A stretch of DNA of 50,340 nucleotides, taken from Bdellovibrionales bacterium (GTDB lineage: Bacteria; Bdellovibrionota; UBA1018; CAIMNF01). Below are positions 9,092-18,397 of this stretch, piece by piece (within the stretch, counting starts at the first letter, position 1; each line of letters opens with the position of its first letter). Both the position numbers and the translations under genes were made by a program. A model generated the notes under the pieces. It worked only from the letters and a program-made list of their open reading frames with translations, did no database searches and was not told the origin of the DNA. Where the stretch lies: positions 1 through 50,340 of the forward strand of contig JBEIJY010000016.1 of NCBI GenBank assembly GCA_040380025.1, in the 5' to 3' direction.

Positions 9092-10407
9092 TCGAAACGC
9101 ACCAGATGATGCGTTTTTTTGCCTTTCCGGAGCACGAGCGCCTTTCCTGAAATCAGGCTCTCCGGTCCGATCCGGGCCGAGATATCGGTGATCCGCTCAT
9201 TGTTCAGGTACACGCCGCCTGCCGGAATTTCCTTCCGGGCAGCACCCTTCGACTGGAACAGCCCCGTCTCGGCCAGCAGATCAATCAGGAGGATTCCCTC
9301 CTCGACGCGTTTTTTCGGGAATACGCTCGTCGGGGCATCGGCGAAGATCTCCGCGAGCGTGGCGAAATCGAGAGTCGCGATGCCCGCCCCGAACAGGGCT
9401 TCGGTGGCAAGAACCGCCCGGTCCAGTCCCTCGTCCCCATGAATCAAGCGCGTGACCTCGCGGGCGAGAGCGATCTGGGCCGCCTTTTTTTCGGGCTCGA
9501 TGCGGACTTTTTCTTCGAGCTCCGCGATCTCAGAAAGCGGCAGGAACGTCAGGAACTTGAGCCAGGTGATGATGGCGCTGTCCGGGGAGCCCAGCAAGAA
9601 CTGGTAGAGCTGATAGGGCGAGGTTTTTTCGGGAGAGAGCCATACGGCTCCTTTTTCGGTCTTTCCGAATTTGATGCCGTCCGGACGGGTGATGAGCGGA
9701 TGGGTGAGTCCGTAGGCATGGGACGATCCTTCTTGTTTTTCGTGGGCGGACTCGCTCGCATGCGCACGCTTCCTCCGGATGAGCTCGGTTCCGGCGGTGA
9801 TGTTTCCCCATTGGTCCGAGGCGCCGATTTGGAGCGTGCATCCGAAACGTTCGTGCAAGCAGTGAAAGTCATAGGCCTGAAGAAGCATGTACGAGAACTC
9901 CGTGTAGGAGATTCCGTGATCGCGATCCTCCATGCGCATGCGCACGGAATCTTTCTGGATCATCGAGTTCACGGTGAAGTGTTTTCCTACTTCGCGCAGG
10001 AACGTGAGCACGTTCATTCCCTCGTAGAACTCGCGATTGTTCACGATGAGCGCGGGGTTCGGCACGCCCTCGAACGCAAGGAACCTCGATGCGACTTTGC
10101 GGATCCCGGCAAGGTTCTGCTCTACCTGCTGTTCGGTTTGAAGGGTTCTTTCCTGGGATTTTCCGCTGGGATCGCCGATCATTCCCGTGGCACCGCCCAG
10201 AACGAGGATCGGGCGATGGCCCGCGTGCTGGAATCTTCGCAGGGTGAGCAGGGGAAGCAGATTCCCCACATGAAGAGAATCGGAGGTCGGATCGAAACCG
10301 CAATACAAGGTGATCGGACCTTTCGCAAGATGCGCCTTCAGGCCCTCATCGGTCAGTTGATGGAGAATTCCCCGCTCTTTCAGATCGTCAAAAAGATCGA
10401 TTTGCAT
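9079..10407 (-). CDS. tyrS: Tyrosine--tRNA ligase
   Basis: YCGFDPT.DSLHVGN, FSYMLLQAYDF, QIGASDQWGNI, KFGKT and C-terminal S4 domain. Confidence 0.98.
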   Translation of the reverse strand: MQIDLFDDLKERGILHQLTDEGLKAHLAKGPITLYCGFDPTSDSLHVGNLLPLLTLRRFQHAGHRPILVLGGATGMIGDPSGKSQERTLQTEQQVEQNLAGIRKVASRFLAFEGVPNPALIVNNREFYEGMNVLTFLREVGKHFTVNSMIQKDSVRMRMEDRDHGISYTEFSYMLLQAYDFHCLHERFGCTLQIGASDQWGNITAGTELIRRKRAHASESAHEKQEGSSHAYGLTHPLITRPDGIKFGKTEKGAVWLSPEKTSPYQLYQFLLGSPDSAIITWLKFLTFLPLSEIAELEEKVRIEPEKKAAQIALAREVTRLIHGDEGLDRAVLATEALFGAGIATLDFATLAEIFADAPTSVFPKKRVEEGILLIDLLAETGLFQSKGAARKEIPAGGVYLNNERITDISARIGPESLISGKALVLRKGKKTHHLVRFDQEP

Positions 10408-10495
10408 GACCTCACGTTATCCGAACTCCCTTGTGTCCGGAAGCCTTGCACGCGGGGAAAAGCACTTTCTTTTTGTCCTGCATTTTGGTTGAATC

Positions 10496-11224
10496 ATGAC
10501 CATGAGTTCCGGAGCGGATTCCCGATGCGTTCTGGTTTTTGATGAAGATCCCGAGATGCGATCTTTGCTTTCCGGCATTCTCTCCGCCTCGGGAGTGCGC
10601 ACGCTGATCGCGGGCCACAAAACCGAAGGGGCACGCCATCTGTCCCTCTCACCGGTCGATCTCGTGGTCGCCGACACCAAAGTGAGCGATCTGTCGGCAT
10701 TGGAGCTGATCCGGTTTTATCGCGAAGTCTCCGTGTGCGCTCATCGTCCTTCTTTTTTGTTCCTTGCCGATCCGACGGAGTCGGGCCCGGTTTCGCAGTT
10801 GGCAGGCGAGGGAGGCGTTCGGGTTCTTCGCCGTCCCTTCGAGCGTTCGGAGTTCCTTTCGTGTGTGCGAACCATGCTCGACGGGATCGCGCCGGATCGC
10901 GATTCCCCTTCGGGCTCGATTCGAGTGGATGTTCCGAATTCGGATGTGTATGTGGGGGGCGTCCGTGTTTCTCTCACTGCGAGCGAGTTCCGGTTGTTGC
11001 GGGAGCTTGTCGAGAATCCGGGGCGGATTCTGAGCCGGGATCACTTGATCCAGAAGGTTCAGGGCGAGGGAATCGTGGTCGTGGATCGTGCGATCGACAC
11101 CCATGTGTTCTCGCTTCGAAAAAAACTGGGTTCGGCCGGAGCCGTCATTGAAACCGTGCGGGGAGAAGGGTATCGCTTCCGGGAATCAGGCGACCGAGAA
11201 TCAGGTGAGAATCGCTTCGAGTAA
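10496..11224 (+). CDS. OmpR/PhoB-family response regulator (atypical receiver)
   Basis: Winged helix LTASEFRLL...ILSRDHL...DRAIDTHVFSLRKKL...IETVRGEGYRF with N-terminal receiver. Start may be 10502. Confidence 0.88.
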   Translation: MTMSSGADSRCVLVFDEDPEMRSLLSGILSASGVRTLIAGHKTEGARHLSLSPVDLVVADTKVSDLSALELIRFYREVSVCAHRPSFLFLADPTESGPVSQLAGEGGVRVLRRPFERSEFLSCVRTMLDGIAPDRDSPSGSIRVDVPNSDVYVGGVRVSLTASEFRLLRELVENPGRILSRDHLIQKVQGEGIVVVDRAIDTHVFSLRKKLGSAGAVIETVRGEGYRFRESGDRESGENRFE

Positions 11225-11797
11225 GAAGAAGCCGCCGATCGCTCCGAGGGCCGCTGCGGTAATCAGATTGAAGGTGCGGGGTTCGATCTTTTCCTGGAGC
11301 GTTTTGCCGAGAAGGAGCGCCAAAGCGGTCACGCCGAGCAGGGCCAGCAAGGCCCCGAGAAAAATCGAGAGCCGATCCGGGTATTTCGCCGCAAGCGAAG
11401 CGGTCGAAAGCTGGGTCAGATCCCCCCATTCGGCGGCAAAAATCACCAAAAATGCTTTCAAGAAGGTTTGAAACCCCGATGCGGGGGCGCGAGCCACCTG
11501 TGCGGTCGACGGTGTTTCTTCGGAGAGCGGGACTCTGGATCTTCTCCAGGCGACAAACGAGAACACCAAAAAAAGAATTCCTGCTCCGGCCTGGACGACT
11601 TCTTTCGGGAGAAGCCCGATGAATCCGCCCACCCAGACGGCGATCAGGGTCTGAATGAAGAAGGCAAGACCGATCCCGCAGAAGAGCGGAAGGAATCGTC
11701 CCTCGCCCGACATGAGAATGGCGGCAAAAGCAGTCTTGTCGGGAAGTTCTGAAAGAAACACGAGAGTGAAGGTGGTCGAAAACAGGGTCCAGCTCAT
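11201..11797 (-). CDS. TMEM165/GDT1 (UPF0016) Mn2+/Ca2+ transporter
   Basis: Duplicated motifs FLSELPDKT and FAAEWGDLTQ with multiple TM helices. Confidence 0.9.
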   Translation of the reverse strand: MSWTLFSTTFTLVFLSELPDKTAFAAILMSGEGRFLPLFCGIGLAFFIQTLIAVWVGGFIGLLPKEVVQAGAGILFLVFSFVAWRRSRVPLSEETPSTAQVARAPASGFQTFLKAFLVIFAAEWGDLTQLSTASLAAKYPDRLSIFLGALLALLGVTALALLLGKTLQEKIEPRTFNLITAAALGAIGGFFLLEAILT

Positions 11798-12621
11798 GGT
11801 GAGCCCGGAATCCTACCGCGAATTCGAGCTGCGATCCAGCCCGAAGCGACATGGATCGCGTAGGGAAGAACCATGAGAACATGAAACAAGGCCGCGAGCG
11901 CAATCGCGCGATCGAGGGGAATTCCGCTTTGATGAAGGGCCGCGCCCAGAATGCCCTCGAAAAGACCCCAGCGTCCCCAGGGAACCGGAGGAAGGGAGGC
12001 CGCCGAGACGGCGATCAGCGCGATCATGGCCTCAGAAAGAGGAACACCATCGGGACGCACCAAGACCCAAAGTGCCAGAAGATCCAGAATCCAGCCGATG
12101 CCACTCAGAAGAATCAAGAGGGCGATCCGATCGGGACGAATGCTCGAAAGAGAGGGAAGATCTGATTTTTTGCGGCCCTTCAGGAACAAAACGAGGGCGA
12201 CCACCGCAAGAATCCCTGCAATCGGAAGGGGGGATGAGATCGGGATCATTTTTTTCACGCTCGCAAGATCCGAGAACAGGATCCCGATCAGGGGGAGCGT
12301 GAGCGATTCCGAGAATCGTTCGATCGCGATGAACTGGATCCGATCGGCGGCCGCAAGTGGGGTGATCGGAGAAAGTCCCCCGAGCGCCTTGAAACGGTAG
12401 ACATCGCCCAAGGCCGGAATCGAGAAATGGGAGATGAGTTGTCCCTTGAAGAACACCGACCGGAGCGGACGGGCGAGAATGCCGGATTCTTTCGGAATCA
12501 AGAGCAAGAGCCGCAGGGAAAGCAAAAGCGGTTCCAAGGAGAGCAAGGCCAGTGTGGCCACGGCGGGGAGGGCAAGGGCGCTCAAATCGGATGCGGAGAG
12601 AAACTGGAATCGGATATCCAT
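11794..12621 (-). CDS. Lysylphosphatidylglycerol synthase TM-like (UPF0104/flippase-like) membrane protein
   Basis: Polytopic; GDVYR, ERFSE and P.P.GRWGLFEG patterns. ATGA-coupled to the GDT1 gene. Candidate promoter TTGCCA-N18-TACCCT upstream. Confidence 0.65.
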   Translation of the reverse strand: MDIRFQFLSASDLSALALPAVATLALLSLEPLLLSLRLLLLIPKESGILARPLRSVFFKGQLISHFSIPALGDVYRFKALGGLSPITPLAAADRIQFIAIERFSESLTLPLIGILFSDLASVKKMIPISSPLPIAGILAVVALVLFLKGRKKSDLPSLSSIRPDRIALLILLSGIGWILDLLALWVLVRPDGVPLSEAMIALIAVSAASLPPVPWGRWGLFEGILGAALHQSGIPLDRAIALAALFHVLMVLPYAIHVASGWIAARIRGRIPGSP

Positions 12622-12747
12622 GTCATGCCGGCACCGGCTGTTCTCAGGGTAGCAAGGGTAAGTTCGGCTTGGCAAATCCGAAAAAGATCTGAACATTTGG
12701 AGGATTTTCTTTCCCTCGGCCTTTGGGATGTACTAATTCCTTTGCCC

Positions 12748-14715
12748 ATGGTGGTTTGGCGCGGATTGCTGGTGATGGTGTTGTTGTTGATGTTGGTGTT
12801 CTTCGTTCCAGGATTAGTTCTTCCCCGGGCTCATGCCGGTGAGGTTTTTCGTCTGCGATCGGTGACCTTGAATGCAGGATTCCACCAGAACGGAAAGGAC
12901 CTGCGCTCGCAATTCCACTGGCCTGTTGCCCCGCAAGAGGGCGGGACGTTTCGAGAACGGTTGCCGCCCGTCCGGATCGGAGCCTGCGAGGTCGGCGTGA
13001 AGATCGAACAGCAAGCGCACGAAGTGGGGGTTTCGCTCGAGTCGCGTGCAGGCGCGCCGGAGTGTGCGGGTGTCGGGGTATTTAGCGTGGAACTCGAGGA
13101 GTCCTTCGAGCGGGTCCATTCGGGCGAGGCCCTGCAATGGGTGGTTTCGGATAACAGCTTCGGGGTGAACGGGGTGTTTCCGGTTCCCGCGAGGTCGAAA
13201 AGAAAAAATGCCGGTGAATCGAATCTCGATGTGACCGAGCCGATTGGTGCCGGAGGGAGTTTCTGGGCAACCGCGATTCGCATGCCTGATTCCGGGCCGG
13301 AAGGGCGCGCCCTGGTGCGGGCCGCGATTTCAGCAGAACACCAAAAAATCCGTTTTTGGGCGCATCAGAGCGGCAATCACGTGGTTCTTCGCACTCTGTT
13401 CGGAGACGATACGGTGTCGAAGCCTCTAGCGCAGTTTCAGGTCGATCCGCTCTGGGTGTCGGATGGAGTTTCTGTTCAGAATCAGCTGTTGGAGTATCGA
13501 CAGCATCGGATCAGGGCGTACGGGCGGAATCCGGGAAGCCCCGAGAGCAGATCCATTCCCGGTTTCGGCTGGTCGAGCTGGTATGAGCTGTTTCAGAACA
13601 TCGATGAAGCCTCGCTTTTGTCGATTCTGCGATCGCTGCAAAATAAATTCCAGAACCTCGTGCGCGAGCGGATTCCGGATGGATTCGTGTTTCAGATCGA
13701 TGACGGGTATGTCCGTCGGTGGGGCGACTGGGGCTTGCCGGATCCGGTTCGGTTTCCGAACGGTTTGGCTCCGCTTGCAAAAGAGACTCGCGAAGCGGGC
13801 TTTGTTCCCGGGATCTGGCTTGCCCCGTTTCTGGTCGATCAGGGATCAGAAGCATTTCGAATCTTGAAAGAGCGGGATCCTGCGATTTTTTTGAGGAATC
13901 ACTCCGGTGAAACCATCGTGTTCAAAGGAAATGGCGGGCGCGATCACGTCATTCTCGATGTCTCCCATCCCGGAGCGCAGGAGTTCGTGCTCTCCTCTGT
14001 GCAACAGTTCCGGCAAATGGGGTTCCGTCATTTCAAGCTCGATTTTTTGTTCCTCGCGGCGGCAGAAGCCCGGAATCGAAAAAATCCCGCACTTTCGGGG
14101 GTTGCGGCGTATCAGCTCATGCTTCGGAGAATCCGCGATTCGCTCGACCGCGATGCCGATCGCCTCGGATCTGCGACCCTCTCTCTCTCGGGTGCGATTT
14201 CGCTTCCTGCGCTGGACTCGGCGGATTTCTTTCGAACGGGCCCAGACATCGCCTACAGCAACCGGCCGGGACGGGCGACCTTGGCGATGGTCAAGGCCCA
14301 GCTCCTTGCCACCGCTTCGCATTGGCCTTTTTCGGGCGGAAGGCTCCGTCCCGATGCCGATGCGATCGTGATTCGGAATCAGGGGGCGGGGTTCAACAAA
14401 AGGCTCGCGCTTCAGGTGGCGATGACCGGAGGATTGATGTTTTCTTCGGACGATCCCAGACGAAATCATCGCGACGAATCCTTGTTTTTGGATCCGAAGA
14501 TCGTGAAATTGAATCAGTCCACCGAGGTCGTGGTGCCTCTCGACTTTTGGGATCATCCGAATTGTCTTGCTCGAAAGAGGGGAATGTCCTTCGGGCCCGG
14601 ATTGTTTTACCGCCCGCCCGAGCGGTGGCTTGCGGTTCCAAGAACAGGAACCGGTGTTCCGGCGACCCGGATTCGCCTCTTCCCCGAACCCGAGTTTCAT
14701 GAGCATGCGCAATGA
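12748..14715 (+). CDS. GH36-like alpha-galactosidase, secreted
   Basis: Signal peptide (...PRAHA); GWSSWY, FQIDDGY, FPNGL, GIWLAPF, FKLDFL (nucleophile) and RTGPD (acid/base). Exact start uncertain. Confidence 0.82.
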   Translation: MVVWRGLLVMVLLLMLVFFVPGLVLPRAHAGEVFRLRSVTLNAGFHQNGKDLRSQFHWPVAPQEGGTFRERLPPVRIGACEVGVKIEQQAHEVGVSLESRAGAPECAGVGVFSVELEESFERVHSGEALQWVVSDNSFGVNGVFPVPARSKRKNAGESNLDVTEPIGAGGSFWATAIRMPDSGPEGRALVRAAISAEHQKIRFWAHQSGNHVVLRTLFGDDTVSKPLAQFQVDPLWVSDGVSVQNQLLEYRQHRIRAYGRNPGSPESRSIPGFGWSSWYELFQNIDEASLLSILRSLQNKFQNLVRERIPDGFVFQIDDGYVRRWGDWGLPDPVRFPNGLAPLAKETREAGFVPGIWLAPFLVDQGSEAFRILKERDPAIFLRNHSGETIVFKGNGGRDHVILDVSHPGAQEFVLSSVQQFRQMGFRHFKLDFLFLAAAEARNRKNPALSGVAAYQLMLRRIRDSLDRDADRLGSATLSLSGAISLPALDSADFFRTGPDIAYSNRPGRATLAMVKAQLLATASHWPFSGGRLRPDADAIVIRNQGAGFNKRLALQVAMTGGLMFSSDDPRRNHRDESLFLDPKIVKLNQSTEVVVPLDFWDHPNCLARKRGMSFGPGLFYRPPERWLAVPRTGTGVPATRIRLFPEPEFHEHAQ

Positions 14716-14831
14716 CTGGAGTTGATTTGTTGATTTCATTGCTTCAAATCAGTTTTTTCCGGTCGACGACTCCCCGTTGATTTGCTAATCCTTCGAAGCT
14801 CATGTTTCGCGTGATTGGGAAATACGTTGGG

Positions 14832-16568
14832 ATGGATTCTTCGGGAGTGCTTGCTCTTTTTTTGGCATTCTCTCTTTCTTCCGTGGTTTTGCCCGTGCGC
14901 GGGATTGCGCAGGACTTCCCGGCGGATGACCTGCCGTTCATCGATGATTTCGAGATTCCACCCGAAAAACCGGGTGACTTGCGCTTGCCCGATGAGGACC
15001 TGCCCGTCTCGGACGCGCAGGCTCGTGCCTTCGGGGACGCCATGCTCTCGGATCAGGAGCGCGTGTACCGCGATGTGGTCCGGCTCGAGACGCTTCTGAA
15101 AGAAAAAGTGGATCAGGCGATTCCCGAGCTGGGGCGCGCTCGCATTCGGGAAATCCAGGGTGCGCTCGCATTGCCGGAAGGGGCTGCGAAGGCCTATCGG
15201 CTGAAAAAGCTGAATGCGCAGAGTTTCATGAAACTCGAAGGCTGGGACTCCGATGCCGGTGCGATCAGGATCGGTGAGGCCTTGTTTTTGGATCGCGTGA
15301 GCGCCGGCGGAAACATGGTCGATGATCTCCGCGTGGTGGTTCCCGGCGTCGGGTTCGCGGAGCCGAAGCTTGTCGGCGGAAAGCTCTACCCGAGAATCGT
15401 CGATGAGGCCACGGGATCTTCCCACTTTCTATTGGAGAGCGAGCTCGAAATCGAATCCGCCGAGTGGCGGCGGTATGTGGCCCGGGTCAGGGCATGGAGC
15501 AACCGCGGACGCGGCCGCCCCCAGGTGTTCTGGGTCATGCACAACCCTGTGGTCGAAGAGATCGCCCCTGCCGGCGCCGCGGGTGCGGATTACAAAGTCC
15601 GGGTGAAGCTGTTCGATCGCCCGAAGGGGGCGTGGAATCGCCTGACGAACTGGTGGAAGGCCGTGTACGCCCGTCCCGACAAGCAGGCATTCGTTCAAGC
15701 CGGAATCAAAGTGGTGCTTGAGGTGGGTGCCGCAGAAGCCCTCACGTATTTGTTGGCCAAGGGGCATTTGAATCACACCTTCACCGGGCTCACGGTGGGG
15801 TACGCCACGGTGCTGGGAATTTTTGGGTCGACCTTCCGGAACGCGTTCTCTCCCGTTGATCCCACGAACTTCTGGGAGCGGAACTACAAGATGTTCATGA
15901 GGCTCCTGGTGACCTCGTACAGTTTCGGGATGTGGAACAAGGTGCTCTCCGGTGGTGCGGAAAGTGTCTCCTGGTTCACTCCGACCGGGCGTTCGATGAA
16001 TCTCGAGATCATTCAAAACTCGATCGCGAGCAATGTTCTCAGGGACGGATTCAATTCCCTGAATGACGTCCGCGAGGCGACCGGACACGCCCGCTACTCG
16101 GTCGATGTGCTCGGCGTGAAGCTGAAGGGCACCCAGCTCGAGCGTACGCTTTGGTATCAGATTCCGAACACGCTCAAGAACGCCGACCTTCTGACTCTGA
16201 ACACTGAGATGAACGCGCTCCCGCACATGCTCTTTTATACGGCCATCGTGGCAACTCCGATCGCAGTCTGGAAACATGCGCAGGCGATCCGGTATGAGCA
16301 TGCGGACGCGCTCCCTGCGGGGAGTGTTGCCCGCTTCATCCGCGAGGCTGCGGATCACGTGAAGGCTCTTGCGGCCGATCCGACGGGGCATGCCCCGGTG
16401 ATTGGATCGCTGATCGCATCCACGATCTCGAACTACGGGCGCTCGCTCGTTCAGAGTTGTACGAACCTTCTCTCGCGCAAGAATGCCGAAGAATTGAAAG
16501 AAAAGTCGCCGCCGTTCGAGGCGACTCCCGATGGCGATTGGGTCGAGATCCGCTTCCCGAAACTCTGA
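14832..16568 (+). CDS. Hypothetical exported/membrane protein
   Basis: Long ORF with N-terminal signal-like segment and several hydrophobic C-terminal segments; no family recognised. Alternative start 14802. Confidence 0.7.
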   Translation: MDSSGVLALFLAFSLSSVVLPVRGIAQDFPADDLPFIDDFEIPPEKPGDLRLPDEDLPVSDAQARAFGDAMLSDQERVYRDVVRLETLLKEKVDQAIPELGRARIREIQGALALPEGAAKAYRLKKLNAQSFMKLEGWDSDAGAIRIGEALFLDRVSAGGNMVDDLRVVVPGVGFAEPKLVGGKLYPRIVDEATGSSHFLLESELEIESAEWRRYVARVRAWSNRGRGRPQVFWVMHNPVVEEIAPAGAAGADYKVRVKLFDRPKGAWNRLTNWWKAVYARPDKQAFVQAGIKVVLEVGAAEALTYLLAKGHLNHTFTGLTVGYATVLGIFGSTFRNAFSPVDPTNFWERNYKMFMRLLVTSYSFGMWNKVLSGGAESVSWFTPTGRSMNLEIIQNSIASNVLRDGFNSLNDVREATGHARYSVDVLGVKLKGTQLERTLWYQIPNTLKNADLLTLNTEMNALPHMLFYTAIVATPIAVWKHAQAIRYEHADALPAGSVARFIREAADHVKALAADPTGHAPVIGSLIASTISNYGRSLVQSCTNLLSRKNAEELKEKSPPFEATPDGDWVEIRFPKL

Positions 16569-16628
16569 TCGTTTTTATCGCAGGCCGCCCTGAAATCCGC
16601 ATGCTCCGGCCGGATGCATCGGTTTTTT

Positions 16629-16641
16629 CAAATCATTGATT
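16629..16641 (-). promoter_or_regulatory. IHF-like binding site
   Basis: Minus strand AATCAATGATTTG matches WATCAANNNNTTR within an AT-rich intergenic region. Confidence 0.35.
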
Positions 16642-16754
16642 TTTCATGCATTTCGACGATCGTATGATCGCGATCAGGTTTCTCTCATTTTGCAATTCCA
16701 AAGAAGACGATAATCACGGAGTCCTCAGATTGATTCTGAGAAAGGAAGAACAAA

Positions 16755-17309
16755 ATGAAGCAAATCATCAGTGCAGTCCTGATCCTCTCCCTGATTCACG
16801 TTCCCGCCCTGGCGGGGCAAACCACCAATCAAACAGCCGACCAATCCGCAATGATCGCAAGCGCGTTCGACGGATTCCGTTATGCGATGACGGTCGAAGT
16901 CCGCGCGGACGATGCCGAGGGCAAGACCCGTGCGCTTCGTCGTTTCGAGGCTGAACTTGCAGATCTCGAGAAGAAGGGCGTGAAGCCCGCCCAGTTCATG
17001 GATTACTTCAAGAACTCGATTCTCGATCGCGAGACGCGGGCCGATTTTGAACGCCTCATGGCATCGGTGGATGCGGATTCGATGACGGCGGATGAGGCTT
17101 CGGCGGTCGCCATGCAGTTCATGAATTCCCGCTACCAGCAGGGCGCGAACTACAGCGGGGGCGGCAAGGGCCGTGGACATGCCGGACTTTGGATTGCAGG
17201 AATTCTCGCTGCCGGTGTGGTGACCTTCCTTGTGATCCGTCACATCCACCATCAGCGCGATATGAACCAGGATGACTGTTACGACGGTGTCACGCCGGTT
17301 GCAAACTAG
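16755..17309 (+). CDS. Hypothetical secreted protein with C-terminal TM anchor
   Basis: SD AAGGA; signal peptide ending ALA; helical body; GANYSGGG linker followed by a hydrophobic helix. Confidence 0.8.
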   Translation: MKQIISAVLILSLIHVPALAGQTTNQTADQSAMIASAFDGFRYAMTVEVRADDAEGKTRALRRFEAELADLEKKGVKPAQFMDYFKNSILDRETRADFERLMASVDADSMTADEASAVAMQFMNSRYQQGANYSGGGKGRGHAGLWIAGILAAGVVTFLVIRHIHHQRDMNQDDCYDGVTPVAN

Positions 17310-17328
17310 GATTCCGCTGATTCCACAC

Positions 17329-17366
17329 GGGTCCGGCCGCTCTCGAAGCGGTCGGGCCCTTTTTCT
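17329..17366 (+). terminator. Intrinsic terminator
   Basis: 13-bp stem GGGTCCGGCCGCT / AGCGGTCGGGCCC (two G-U pairs) followed by TTTTTCT. Confidence 0.75.
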
Positions 17367-17383
17367 GTTCCGAGGAGGAATTC

Positions 17384-18397
17384 ATGTTCCAACGCGTTCT
17401 GATCGCTTTCTTGATCTCACTCGGGTCCGGGGTGGCTTTCGCTTCGGATGCCCCGACATATCTGCAAAACGACAAGGAGGCGGTTTCGAGAGTTTACTCG
17501 CCCCGGGATCTGAAACGGGCAAAAATCCGCGTTGGATCGGTCTCAGAGGGAGCATGGGGGGTCTTCTCGGCATGGGTCACGGGGGCGATCCGGTCGGGCG
17601 ATGACCTGAAATCCCATGCAGAGCTTCTGGATTCCCTGAAACCCTTCGGGTTCCAGGATCCCGCTCTGGCGCTTGCGGACTTGGTGATTCTTTGGCGATC
17701 CGAGGACAGGCTCGATGATGTTTTTGTCCAAATTCTCCGAGCCGGCGGCGCAGGAACTGCCCGCTACCTGAAGATCCTGAAGACCGTGAAAAACCGCTAT
17801 CGTCCGAATCCGGCATCCGATTCGGATCGCGGTCCGAATGAGTTCAGTTCTCGGCGCAAATACCGGCGCAAGGGTTCGGTCACGAATCGCATGGACCTGT
17901 ACCAGCGCTTCAGCGGGTTTCAGGTGTTGATGTTAAGCGATGTGCTCCGTCATCTCTTCGAGCGAATGGACGCGATCCGTGCCCAGCTCGTGTTCGTGTA
18001 TCCGGACCGTCAGGACGCGATCGACCTCTCGCCCATGGGGCAATACTACTTCGCACGCAGGCTTCTTCTGAAGGAAATGCAGGATCTGAATCGATCCGCT
18101 CTTTTTGCAGGAGTTCCGTTCGGATTCGAGGAGGTGATCACCGCCGCACTCGAGACCGGGCTTGTGAATGGCTCGATGCTCTCTCAGGTGTTCTCGATCG
18201 ATGATCTCTGGAATCCACAGGTGACTCCGTGGCAGAAGGTCACCTCCCTCGCGCTTCGTCTCACCGGGAGTTCGAGTGTGTTCCTGCCGCCTCCCTTCAA
18301 TGTGCTGGCCTCGCTTGCAGTGCTGGTGGTGTCGGGAATCGTCGAAAACCGTCGCAGACCCATGACCCAAGGGAGGGCCGGGTATGATCCGTTTTAG
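17384..18397 (+). CDS. Hypothetical secreted/membrane-anchored protein
   Basis: SD GAGGAGG; signal peptide ending VAFA; C-terminal hydrophobic hairpin. Confidence 0.8.
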   Translation: MFQRVLIAFLISLGSGVAFASDAPTYLQNDKEAVSRVYSPRDLKRAKIRVGSVSEGAWGVFSAWVTGAIRSGDDLKSHAELLDSLKPFGFQDPALALADLVILWRSEDRLDDVFVQILRAGGAGTARYLKILKTVKNRYRPNPASDSDRGPNEFSSRRKYRRKGSVTNRMDLYQRFSGFQVLMLSDVLRHLFERMDAIRAQLVFVYPDRQDAIDLSPMGQYYFARRLLLKEMQDLNRSALFAGVPFGFEEVITAALETGLVNGSMLSQVFSIDDLWNPQVTPWQKVTSLALRLTGSSSVFLPPPFNVLASLAVLVVSGIVENRRRPMTQGRAGYDPF

